A DNA stretch of 64,000 nt, taken from Azolla caroliniana (taxonomy: Eukaryota > Plantae > Polypodiophyta). Below the pieces are notes generated by a model, which saw only the letters and a program-made list of their open reading frames with translations, did no database searches and had not been told where the DNA came from. The stretch covers positions 5,456,001 through 5,520,000 of the forward strand of contig JBHGNT010000020.1 of assembly GCA_043228905.1 (NCBI GenBank). Direction: 5' to 3'. Every line of letters starts with the position of its first letter. Within the stretch, counting starts at the first letter, position 1. Shown here one piece after another: positions 11,520 through 23,267 of this stretch. A program made the translations under genes and the position numbers.

Positions 11520-12060
11520 TCATTCATACATGCATACATTACGTGCACATACATACATACATACATACATTCATTCATTCATTCATTCATTCATTCATAC
11601 TAAACATAAGATTCAAACATTCAAGTTTTTTTAATTTGCTTTTTGCCACCTCCTCCTTTGCTCTACCTCCTCTTCTCTACTCATTGCCGCTATCACTTCT
11701 TCTCCCCTTGTTTCATCTGTCCTCATTTTGTTGCCTCTGTTCTCGTTTTGATGTCACCGTCATCGCCGCTTGCCTTGTCATGCCACTTTTGCTCACCATT
11801 ATTCTGTGTGGGGGCTGCCACAACTACTCTACAAATATTTTTTGGTACACATAAGTACAAACATCATACATACATAAACCAACACATAAATTCTTAGACA
11901 TACATACACTCACATAACATATACAATCATATACACATGCCATACATACAATATATACAATAAATGAAATTAATACAATACAATACAATATGTACATACA
12001 TACACACATACCTGTATACACTCACATACATACACATTTACACGTAACACATACATACAT
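11520..12060. repeat. Low-complexity (TACA)n/(TTCA)n-rich region
   Basis: Degenerate tetranucleotide runs at 11520-11600 and 11850-12060. Confidence 0.7.
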
Positions 12061-13907
12061 TGTTGAGATACAAGCTCAACATAGGCCGGATCAATGCGCA
12101 AACCGGTGCGCAACAAGAGGCCGGATCGGTGGGGAAACCTGGAGACCGTTGAACAGATATTCCACGAGGGAATATATTTGGGAGTTAGTGTAGGAGCTCA
12201 ATTATGAGCATTGAAGTACGTGTCAATACTTTTGTCAATCTCTGAGCACATCCTATGTACAGAGTTTTACACGTTATTTTGAATTTAGTTTTTTTGTGCG
12301 TTAATTCCCTCTCTGTCCCTCCCGCGTACATCGTGTCTTAAGCTCTCCATTAAACCTGTTTTTTCTCCCGTTGGTATTTTGTGTGTCATATAGCTTCCAC
12401 ACGTCATGTTTTACATGGTATCAGAGAGCAAGGGTTGAGAACCTCTGCAACCGACTTCAGCTTGAAACACACAAAAGAAAAACCTAATCTTGGTGAAGAA
12501 CAGAAAGGAAAAAAAATGGATAGAGGTATGGCTAGTTCGCTTCCAACTGAGAAGCTCGACAGAAGAAACTATGCATCTTGGTCGTACAAGATGCACTAGT
12601 ACCTGCTCGGACATGGATATTGGAGCTATGTCGATGGAGTGAATGATGCAGCACCCGAATCGACACACAGAGACTTCTCGGCCTAGGAACAGTCGACGAG
12701 CAGAGTTCTCAACTGCTTCGCGTCCTGTGTGAGCGAACAGCTCTTGAACTACATTCGGGATGCACGAATGCCGAAGGATGCTTGGGGAAATCTGAAAAAG
12801 ATTTTCGTCGTAAGCACCACAAGCAAGAAGCTCCAACTCCGACAGGAGTTGAGCAATGTGCGTCAACACAACATGACGGTGGCTGACTACACCTCCAAGA
12901 TAAAGGATATTTGTGACTCCCTCGCCTCCATTGATGGAAACATTGAGGAGGGCGAAATGGTGCAGATCTGCCTCGAAGGATTGGCGTCGAAGTTCGGAGC
13001 ATTCTGAACTGCTATATGTACAAGGGAGAATACGTCGTTGTTTTTCGACTTGCAGTCGATGCTCCTTGTAAAGGAGAATCACGCGGGTGCATCGACGAGT
13101 ACGCACGTCGACGACAAGATGTTGTACACGGAGGGAGATAGGCCCCGTGGTCGTGGCGGACGATGCGAGTCGGCGTGCAATGGAGGCGGTCGACGGGAGC
13201 AAGGAAGAAGGCATCGTGGTGATGCCGACCGCAATTCCGGACCCTCCGGAAGTAGGGGGAGTCGACGAGGCGACGAGAACCGACAAGGGAAACACATCAC
13301 GGAATGTTTGTATTGTGGCAAGAAAGGCCACAAGGAGAGCAAGTGTTGGAAGAAGGGCGTCGATTCGGAGAAAACCAGATCCAGATCCGGATGACCGAAC
13401 AAGGAAATCGGCAGCATACGTGTTGTCGATTAGGAACACGGTCTGCGGTCAGTCCTTCGACCTAGACCTCCAAGTGGGTGTGGAACAACGAATAGGCATC
13501 TAAGCATAATGCGTAGGGGAATGTTCCCTGTAACCTACCAGCGTATAAGGGAGACGGCTACAACCGAATCCTTGGCAAGGGTTACACTTACGTTCTTACA
13601 CGCTCAGGTATTCAAGACACACACAGTGGATTAGCCGTAGCTATACACAGAAAATCAGAGAAGATAGAATTCTATTATGAGATGTTTCTTTACATTCCCA
13701 AAATTACACGCTCCCTCTATCAGAGGTTTCCTGCCCTTTATATACGCAGGGTCTATTTAGCCGTTCACGCTTCCTGCGTGAACCGTTACATGCGTTATGA
13801 TCTTATATTATTTCTTATTCCTACACTCTTGTCCGTCGGTTACTATTCCGGCGGACAACACCTGGCATGCCTGTGGGACAGTGCCCTGGCATGTCGAACC
13901 CATCCCA

Positions 13908-16379
13908 TTAATCCTCTTCCAAAATGGCCCGGATGTTTGGCTCTGCTGCGGTGTTCGCGTCCGGAGGTGACGTAGGGCCCGTAGGTGCATCGTGGTGTGG
14001 CTTCCCTGTTTGGTCGGGGTGGTTTCTCCCGGTGTCGCAGTCGCCGTGTGTGGGCGGTCCGGGTACGGTGAGCTCTTCTTGACCTAGTGGGTTGGGCTCC
14101 GCCGTTGTCGTGCTTGTAGTCGGTTGCGGCTCTGCCTCCATCGTTACTTCCTCCATGGTGTCGGCAGTTTTTGTACGTTCCGGGGAGTGGGGCGGTGATT
14201 CCGCCTGGCCCGCACCATTCTCCATGCGGTCCGATGATAGCGTGGGTTCGTGCGGATGAACCTCCTCGTGTGCAGTGGTTTCGATGTCTGGTACTGTGGG
14301 GGACTCCGCTCGTTGGTCCGCGTTGTTCTCCATCGTCGTCATTTCTGGTGATCGGGCCTGAGGTTCCTCTTCTTCGGTTGTGCCCGGAATTGGCAACGCG
14401 CTGGATTCCTCGTTTGTTCGCGTATTGCCGGCTTGTGTGATCTGATGAAATAGCTCCTCCTGGCTTTCACCAAAATCATCTAAGAGTTGTGCGAGTTCTT
14501 CGGAGTGTTGGTCCGCTAGCGCACAATATTCTTGCGCTAGGTCCTCTCGTATGGCCGCAATGCTCTCCTCATTTAGTTTATAGAAACCTCGACCGTCTTT
14601 TCGCCAGTTCTCCCAATCCGCACGATACGCGTGCAATTCCGCTGCGTGGGTTGCCCACGCCATCCATCCTTTGTCCAACGCTGTTTTCAATTGCACTGTG
14701 AACCTCTCCCGATTTGTTTGGAGAAGGATACGCACATTATCTGTGATGGCCTAGCAACGGTTGCGTGTGTCCTCCATCGACTTCTGGAGGTTTGCAATTT
14801 CTTGTTGTTTAACCACCGCTGCTTCTTTGTACATGGCCTTCAGGCCCGCCCACAGCTAGGATTCCTTTGCATGTTGCTCTTCTAATTTCCCCATTTCATT
14901 GTTTAGGCAAATCTCGAGCTGATGCCTTCTTTCTTGTTCGACCACCAACTGCTCATCGAACCATACCTTCTTTTTCTCTAATAAGGCTCGGAGTCCCGTG
15001 ATTGCCGCCTCCGATTTCTTCGCGTCCTCCCGTAATTGGGCGTTGTCGTCCTTTGTCCGGATGTGTTGAGCTACCTCTGTAGCGAGTTTCTCTTCAAGGG
15101 TTTTTACTGCCTTCTAGCTGTTCGCCCATATCTCCTTTTCTCTGTCTGAGGATTGGTGTAGTTCCGCTCGAAGGCGGTCAATTTCTGATTCCGCTAGTTG
15201 CACGGCCCTTTTCGCTTTTGAGGCGATGGCGGTCTGAGCCTCAATTTCTTCTTTTAAAGCGTCGATGGCGTGGTTTGGTGGCAGAATTGAGTGTTGCGTT
15301 GTAGTCGCGTGAGCTTCCAACTCCGCGATGCGTTCGTTGGCTTTTTGTAGTTCGACTTGGGTCAGTTTTACCTTCTTCCAGACATTCTTATTTTTTATGG
15401 CCATTTCCTTGGCGCCCATGCTGACCTTTGCCAGTTCCCGATGAACTTCGACTAGGGTCGTGTTTAATGGGGGTATCTCCATCCCCACTCGGCGTACCCC
15501 GGCGTTCCTCTGTCTACCGACCCTGGCTAACCGGTCCTCATCATTGCTCTCCGTCGTGTGTGTTAGGGCGCGCTCGATCATCTGGCGTTCCGCATGGTCT
15601 TCGGCCATTCGTTGGGCGGCTTTTACTTGTTGTGTTGCCAGGAACTCCATGAGCTCAAAAGAAGTGTCGAACTGTAAGAGGGCGCTGAACTCATGGGCCG
15701 TATCCGGGATATCCGGATATGCCAACACCTCGCTTTCCGCCGTCAATACGGCTTTCCCTCGTTAGGACTGGGTCGTAATGATCGGCCATGGCTCCCGGAT
15801 GATTTTGAAGGTGGTATTGGGTTCCGTAGTTGCGGAGCCATCGCCTTCAGTCAGTGTCTCTGTCGTCGTGGGGACGTCTTTGACCAACCCCCACCCATCT
15901 TTCCTGTCCAATCTACGCCGTTTTGGTCTAGGGTTATCCTGCCGTGTTTCGGTGTCTGGCTCTGGGGTTGTTTCCCCGAAACGTGCCGGCTATTCCTCCT
16001 GTGTTATCTGTGTGTCCTGCCGGTCGGTAGTTGTTGTCCTCGGGTCTAGCTAGGCGGGTTGGGGTTTCTCTTCCCACTTTGGGGCCGCTAACTCCACTAA
16101 CCTGCATTTCGCGGATCAAGGCGGGGGCGTGGGTCGGCTGGGCTTCGGTGCCAGCAGGCCTCGGGGTGGGAATAGTACCGTAAGGTATTGTTGTATGATC
16201 GGCCTGAGCTTTTTGCCTGCCTGATACGCGTGCAGGCCTTCCCTTAACGCCGGCCATGTGATGACCCCCCAATCGACCGCACGCCCTTCAAAGGTATCGA
16301 TAATGATGCCCGCCTTCTGCTTGGGCATCCCATATGCGTTGACATGTAGGATGGAGGAGAAGGTGAGGGGGAGGAGCAA
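13908..16379 (-). pseudogene. Extra sense ORF between integrase and 3' LTR of element B (env-position, coiled-coil, acidic/Pro-rich tail), broken by stops
   Basis: Collinear pieces 16116-16379, 15114-15746 and 13908-14735; homologous segments occur in element A (3345-3560) and at 63790-64000. Confidence 0.7.
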
Positions 16380-19300
16380 TGGGATCGCTAATAGCTAGAA
16401 GATGAATTTCTATTTTGTGCAGAAAATCTTCTGTTTCCTTCTTTTTGTGGCTTAGGGTTCATTGGGCGGTGAGCCATTGTGGTGCCGCGTGTTCTTGAAC
16501 TAGGAGTTTGTGCATGCCTTTAGTCGTTTGAATAGTCGCTATCTTCTCCTCTCTTTTTTTTTTTCTTTTTTTTCCGTAATGGTTATCTACAACCTATTTT
16601 TACATTATGGTACAAGTGGGGTCGTCCATTTACGTTGCGGGTTCTTCGGCTCTGTCCCGTTCGGCGGTGAATGGGTTAGGTGGCGTAGGGCCCAGGTAAG
16701 GTTTGAGCCGAAACCCATTCACCTTTTGCCAAACTACTTCCCCGGCCAGTGTACCTAGTTGGAAAGTGCCTTGTTCCGCTCCAATTATCCAGTATGGGCC
16801 GGTCCAGCGGAATCGTAACTTCCCCGGCATATGGCCCATGCGAGTTTGGAAAACCAACACCACTCGACCCACGGCGAACTCCTTTTCCCTTGCGTTTCGA
16901 TGTCGATCCACAAACGCTTTACGCCGTCGTTGTTCCTGCTCCAACACAGTTTCTCCCCTAGTTCAAGGAGTTGGTGGAGCCGTACCTCCTCCGACTTGGC
17001 TTCTGATAGTCGGTTCCGTACCTGAATTCGCAAACTAGGTACCTGAAATTCGACCGGCCTCATAGCCTCCAGCCCAAACGCTAGTCGAAACGGTGTTGAC
17101 TGTATTCTTGTTTTGTAGTTGGTTCTGTATGCCCATAATGCACTCTATAGTTTGGTATCCCATTCCGTTCTATTTTCATTGATGATTTTCTTCAAAATGG
17201 TCAGCAACATCTTGTTGGTGGATTCTGCTAATCAATTCGCCTGCAGATAATATGCCATACTCTTCTTATGGACTACGGCGTAATGATGTGTTAGTTCTCA
17301 AACAACCATATTGAGAAAGTAGCTCCCCTGGTCACTAATAAGCTCAATCGGACAACCGAACCGGCACCAGATGTGCTCGTAAAGGAATCTGTCTGTGACG
17401 ACCGCTGTATTTTCACGTAGTGCCTTTGCTTCTACCCATTTGGTGCAATAATCCGTGGCTACCAATATGTATTTATTGCCCGTACGGTTGCCGCCGGTGT
17501 GAAGGGCCCCACAAAATCCAATCCCCACTTTTGGAAGGGGTCTAGCGGTACTACGGGCTGGTGTGGCATCCTTGTGCCCTCCACGGGTTGTCCCATCCGT
17601 TGACACAAATCACACTTTCTACAATACTCGGATGCGTCCTTCTGCGTTGTTGGCCACCATAAGCCCGCCTACCATACTTTCCGGGTTGTAACGTCACCCA
17701 CGTAATGGCCGCCTGCTGTGCCGCAGTGTGCCTCCCGTAAAACTGCTTCCTTCTCATCCTGGCGTACCCCACGTTGCCAAATGCCGTCACTTCCTTTGTG
17801 ATATAAAACGCCTTCGACGAGGCAGAAGTGACGGCTTCGGACGGCTAGTCATTTCTTCTCGTCCGTGCGTAATTGTGGTGGAGGCAATCCCGTAGTCAAA
17901 AAGTACGTCATTTCCATAAGCCACCGGTCCGGAAAGGTCGATTCCGTTCTTTCTGCTAGTGTCACTACCCGCAAGATATCGGCGTCCGGAAAATCGTCAT
18001 CATCTTTTTGTACTGTTTCTCCATTCTCGAATCTGCTCAAAAAATCCGCCACTACGTGTTGCGTTCCTGGTCGGTGTTGGATTACGAAATCAAATTCCTG
18101 GAGCAGCAGCATCCACCGCGCCAATTTCCCTGTCAGGGCTTGTTTCTCCACCAAATACAGTAGCGCCGAATGATCCACGTGGAACGTGAATTTCCTTCCT
18201 AATAAATAGTGCCGGAATTTATTGATGCTATAGATCATCCCTAGTGCCTCTCGCTCCGTTGTGGAGTAGTTACGCTCTGCTATTGATAATTTGCGACTAG
18301 CATAGTATACTGGCCGGTACCAGTTTGGTTCGGTAAGCTGCATTAGTGCATTTCCTATTGCTATGTCTGAGTCATCGACGAACACGTGGAATGGCTTCGC
18401 CCAAACTGGTGGTTGTACAACGGGAGCCTGTGTGAGCATTATCTTAAGTGCCTCATAGTTCTTATCCTCCGTTGCAGTCCATTGGAAAGGAGTCTGATGT
18501 ACGCCAGCGTGTAACGGCGTGCCGAAGTCCGCCAAATACCGTATCATCCGACTATGCCACCGTATTTGTCCTAAAAACCGGCTGAGCGATTTGGCGTTTG
18601 TCGGAGTTTTGGCTTGCGTAATCGCGGAGATTTTGTTCAGGTCGGCGGCTATTCCCTCCTTGCTGACTATATGGCCCAGGAGAGTCCCGTTGGTCACGCC
18701 GAAAGCACATTTCACGGGATTCAGGCTTAAGTGTGCGGTGCGGCAACGTTCCAAGCACAATTGTAAGTGCGTAAAATGGTCTATTGTTCTCCCATATACC
18801 GCAAAGTCGTCTAAAAAAACTTGCATGAACGCCGGAATGTATTCCCCAAAGATCTCTGTAATTGTCCGTTGAAATGTTGTCGGCGCCATCTTTAGCCCGA
18901 ACATCATGACGACTGCCACATATACTCCCCAGTTCGTGACAAATGTCGTCTTTTCTTGGTCCTCGGGATGCATGCGTACCTAGTTATAACCACTGAAGCC
19001 ATCTAAAAAATTGTACATCTCATGGCTTGCGACGGCGTCCAGTACGCTATCGGTGAAGGGTAAGGGAAATGCGTCTGTAATGGTTACGGCGTTTAATTTT
19101 CGGTAATCTACGCATACCTTTATTTTACCGTTTTTCTTTGGAACGACCACTATCGGGCTTAACCATGTCGCTTGTTTAACTGGTTGTATGAACCCCGCCT
19201 TCAGGAGCTTGTCAATTTCTTCTTTCACGCGGGTCGCATAGTTCAGGTTCATGCGATAGCGGCGCTGCTAGACGGGTTTCGCATCGGTTGCTAAATTGAT

Positions 19301-22300
19301 CTTATGTTAATAGAACTTGGGATCTAACCCCTTCATGTCCTCGTGAGCCCAAGCGAACACATCCTTATATCATCGTGTTTCTCTAGTCCAGACTTAATTC
19401 CTTTGCGATGGAGACAAAATGGGGCTCCGATTCCGTACCCACATTTACTTCTTCGAGGGCGGAAGCGGTGACTCGTCGTGAAATCTCCATTTCCCTTTCA
19501 AATACCGCCTGTGCTCTACTGAGTTCTAATATGGACTCTGGGTTTGGTTCGTAAGGCTCGTCGTGGAGAACAGTGGCCGTGGCATATTCTACCGCGGTTG
19601 CGATGACGTCTATTTAAAATAGCGGAATAATCCGAGGGTGCTCGTCGAGGTATGCCTCTAATTCTGCATCCTCCACCCCAGCCAACATATTTATATCCTC
19701 CGCGTATAATGGTGTTATACCCTTGGGTTGTGGCATGCTTCCTTCCGTAGGTACGCGAACCTTGGTGCGTCCGTGTTGGAAACGAATACACTCGTGTTGC
19801 TAGCTCTGCTTGATATTTGTTGCCCGAAGCCATGGTCTGCCCAGAAGCACTGGGTACGCCCCTGGGGCGTCCAAAGCGAGGACGACCACCGAGATGTCGA
19901 AGCGGTGTCCGCCCACGATAATGCCTATTTTGCGAATTAACCCCAATGGTCGTACTCGGTGGGTATCTGCCATTCGGAGCCAGAATGGGCAAGCCTCCCA
20001 TTCTGAAATGCCTAACTGCTCGCAAGTTTTCGCGCTAATTACATTGACGCCTGAGCCGCCGTCGATTACGCATCCAGGAATTTCCACCCACGCTTGGGCT
20101 TGTCGGCGTACCTCGTCTTGCGCAGCCCAATCAGCCGTTTTTGTTTGCTGGCGTGTCGTGACTTGCTGCACTTCCGCCGTAATCGTATTGACGGTGGGCC
20201 CCTTTCCCTTGCGTGTTGGGCATTGCGTGGCATAATGTCCGGGTTGCTGACAAATAAAACAATGGATGCTTGATTCACCCTTCTCGGCTCCTGGTGGTGT
20301 GTGCCGCTCCCCTAGTGCTACTTGCTCCTCGCAGTCCGGCCTTGTTTATTGGAACGTACGCAGTGGCTGTTGTTGGTCTCATCGTTGTTCCTGGTGCCGC
20401 TCATCTCCCGAGCTTTCGTGGTAACGCCGGTGATCTCGATATTGCCGTGGCTTACCACGATAACCATTGAAGCCGCCCCATTTGTTTGTCGATCGGTGAT
20501 TCTCGTAGTGCCGACCCCCTTTGGCATAACTCGGATGTCCACGATAATCCTCGTCCTCTGGTTTGTCCTCCTTGGAATCGTTGTGATTTTGGCGATTCTG
20601 GTGGTGCCGGTCATCCCGTGGGTTGCGATCCCTATACCGTGGTCGGTCTTCTTGCCTCCTTTGTTCAGTCCGGTGTGGTGGACGCTGCGTGTCCATGCTG
20701 CCGACTACGGGAGTGGCTCTGTTCAACATATTGTATTCACATTGGTCGACCGTGTGAGCCTTCGAGTGGTAGATTGGGCAGTGGATTCGCATATTGCACT
20801 ACACTGCGGAATGCCCCGAGTTCAAGCAAATCGTGCACTAGATTGCTTGACGAAACTAGCGTTCCTCGTCCTGAGGTAATGCTTGTCGTAAGGAGGACAT
20901 AGAAAACCTTTCCTCCTCGTCATCCAACTCGAGCTGTAATACTCGTTCAATTACCATATCCATTGTTTCCCCTTTCACGCTATTGTTGTTGAGCGTTGCC
21001 CGGATGGGTCGGCGTAAAGCTGCCAGAAATGTTTCTCGAGCCTCGTCCTCCGCAGGGCTCCGTTCCAATTTCCGTCGTAAATTTTGGAAACGTAAGCCGA
21101 AGTTTGTTATCGTCTCGGTTGGCAAATGCTTAATCGTGTAAACCTGTCCGAGGATTTCGCATTGTGGAACCCTCCGATGGAAGAACTGCAAGAAAGTGGA
21201 CTGCAACTGATCAAAGGTTGTAATTGCTGGTAAATCCATCTGTGAATGCCAAAACGCCGCTTGCCCATCCAATGTTAACCCGAACTCCATCATTTTCGAC
21301 TGGTGTGTTGCCGCCTCCGAAAGGCTCTGCGCCATGTGGTTCACATTCCAAACATTCAGGAACATGCGAATATGAGTTGCGGCGTTGGTTTCGCCGTTAA
21401 AGCGAGCGTAGGCAAAGGCCATGGTGGGGGCTACGGCGGGTCAGGAAGGACCACAAGGTGGTTGTGGTGAGCGTAGTCCCCGCGTCTCGTCGAGGTATTT
21501 GGAGAGCAAAGAATCACCTTTGTACTCACGGCAGGTACTACTGAGGTTGCTGAAGTGAGGCTTTTGTCGTGCGCGTTCTTCTACCTCGCGTGTGACGGAC
21601 CTTGTTATTGGCCGGTCTTGTCGTGTTGGTTCTCTGGGATGTCTGCGGCTAAACATCCATTCGTCGTTGCTCGTCTGTGAGAAGACACAAATCACCAAGC
21701 GTGCCAAAAGTGTTGCCGATTAGGAACAAGGTCCACGGACAGTCCTTCAACCTAGACCTCCAAGTGGGTGTGGAACAACGAATAGGCGTCTAAGCGTAAT
21801 GCGTAGGGGAATGTTCCCTGTAACCTACCAGCGTATAAGGGAGAAGGCTACAACCGAATCCTTAGCAAGGGATACACTTACGTTGTCGCGAAAATACGAC
21901 GAGGATACGTGAACGTTGAGGCAAGACCCCGGGGCCTTTGTCTAGAGGATATCAAATTCGTGTATTTATATACTAAGAATTAACCGAAATAAGAAAGATT
22001 AACAAATTTCATTAATAAAAGGGAAAGAAAGATTACAATCAATCCCAAGATTGGAATACAAAAGTTTTATCTTATGGAGATGATTAGAATAATATATTAG
22101 AGGAAATAAGAGATTATGATTCTTGAGTGATATGGCTTTGACAAGGAATTTTGGATTTTGAGAGATTGCTTCCGTATGGAAATTATGGTTTACTTGAGAG
22201 ATAGCTTCCGTAGGGACGATTGGGGTTATTGGCTTTGATAAGATAAGAGAGCTCCCCAACAAAAGAAAAAAAATTTAGATAATATGGAGAGTGAGTCCTA

Positions 22301-22549
22301 GTGTAGGAAAAAAAATGGAAGAAATATGGAGTTCTCCTTTGATCATAGCCTTTCCACTTTTTGTGGCATGGCCTCTACTTTTAGTTGCCTAGCTTTTTCT
22401 TTTTGTTGCATGTGACTGTCCACATGACCTTTACTTTTTCCATGCACTCCTTTAGTTGCTTGCGTCCACATGGCCTTTACTTTAGTTCTCTTCACTTTAC
22501 TTTAGTTTGTTGCATGATCCAATCTTTCGTCCGTCCGCGTCCAAACTCG

Positions 22550-22890
22550 TCCGGTAGCCGGTTCCATTTTGCTTGCCGGTCGGTTCCAGTTCCGATTTTG
22601 CTTGCCGGCCGGTAACGATTTGCTTGCCGGTTCCGGTTCCGGTTTTGCTTGCCGGCCGGTTCCCATTTGCTTGCCGGTTTCAGTTCCGGTTTTGCTTGCC
22701 GGTTTCAATTCCGGTTTTGCTTGCTGGCCGGTTCCAGTTCCAGTTTGCTTGCCGGCCGGTTCCGGTTTGCTTGCTGGCCGGTTCCGATTTTACATATCGG
22801 CCGGTTTACGGATTGCATATCGGTCGGTTTTCGGATTTGCTTACCGGACCCGTTTTCCGGATTTGCTTACCGGCCGGTTTCCGGTTTTAG
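22550..22890. repeat. CCGGTT/TTTGCTTG-based degenerate tandem array in the P 3' LTR (longer copy at ~31435-31860)
   Basis: Repeated TTTTGCTTGCCGGCCGGTTCCGGTT-type units. Confidence 0.85.
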
Positions 22891-23267
22891 GGAATTTGGC
22901 CACCATCATCCATCAAGACAAAGTGGCCAAAGTGCTCTTAGCACAAATGAAAAATGAGGGAGCTCAAGGTGTTTATATAGCCAGGGCCTTAACTTTCCTA
23001 TTTATGTGGGATAGTTCTAATTTCCCTATCTAATCAAACTTTATTTTCTCATAACTTGATATGTATTTCTCCATTTTGTATATAGTAAAATACATTTTGA
23101 AGCTCTTGAGTATATCCATCTTTCTATAATAAGCTACTAATCTAATCTATAATAATTATTTCATTATTTTTTTACATAGTGTGTGAAGATTCACACGACA
23201 TTCACCCCCGCCAAACTTGCACATCCACCGGTATGTGCCAATTTTGGTGAGGAGTCATTTTTGTTTA

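Noticed and set aside
22550-22890. CRISPR-like or protein-coding repeat array
   Set aside because: Degenerate LTR tandem repeats without unique spacers; the ORFs there are by-products of low complexity.
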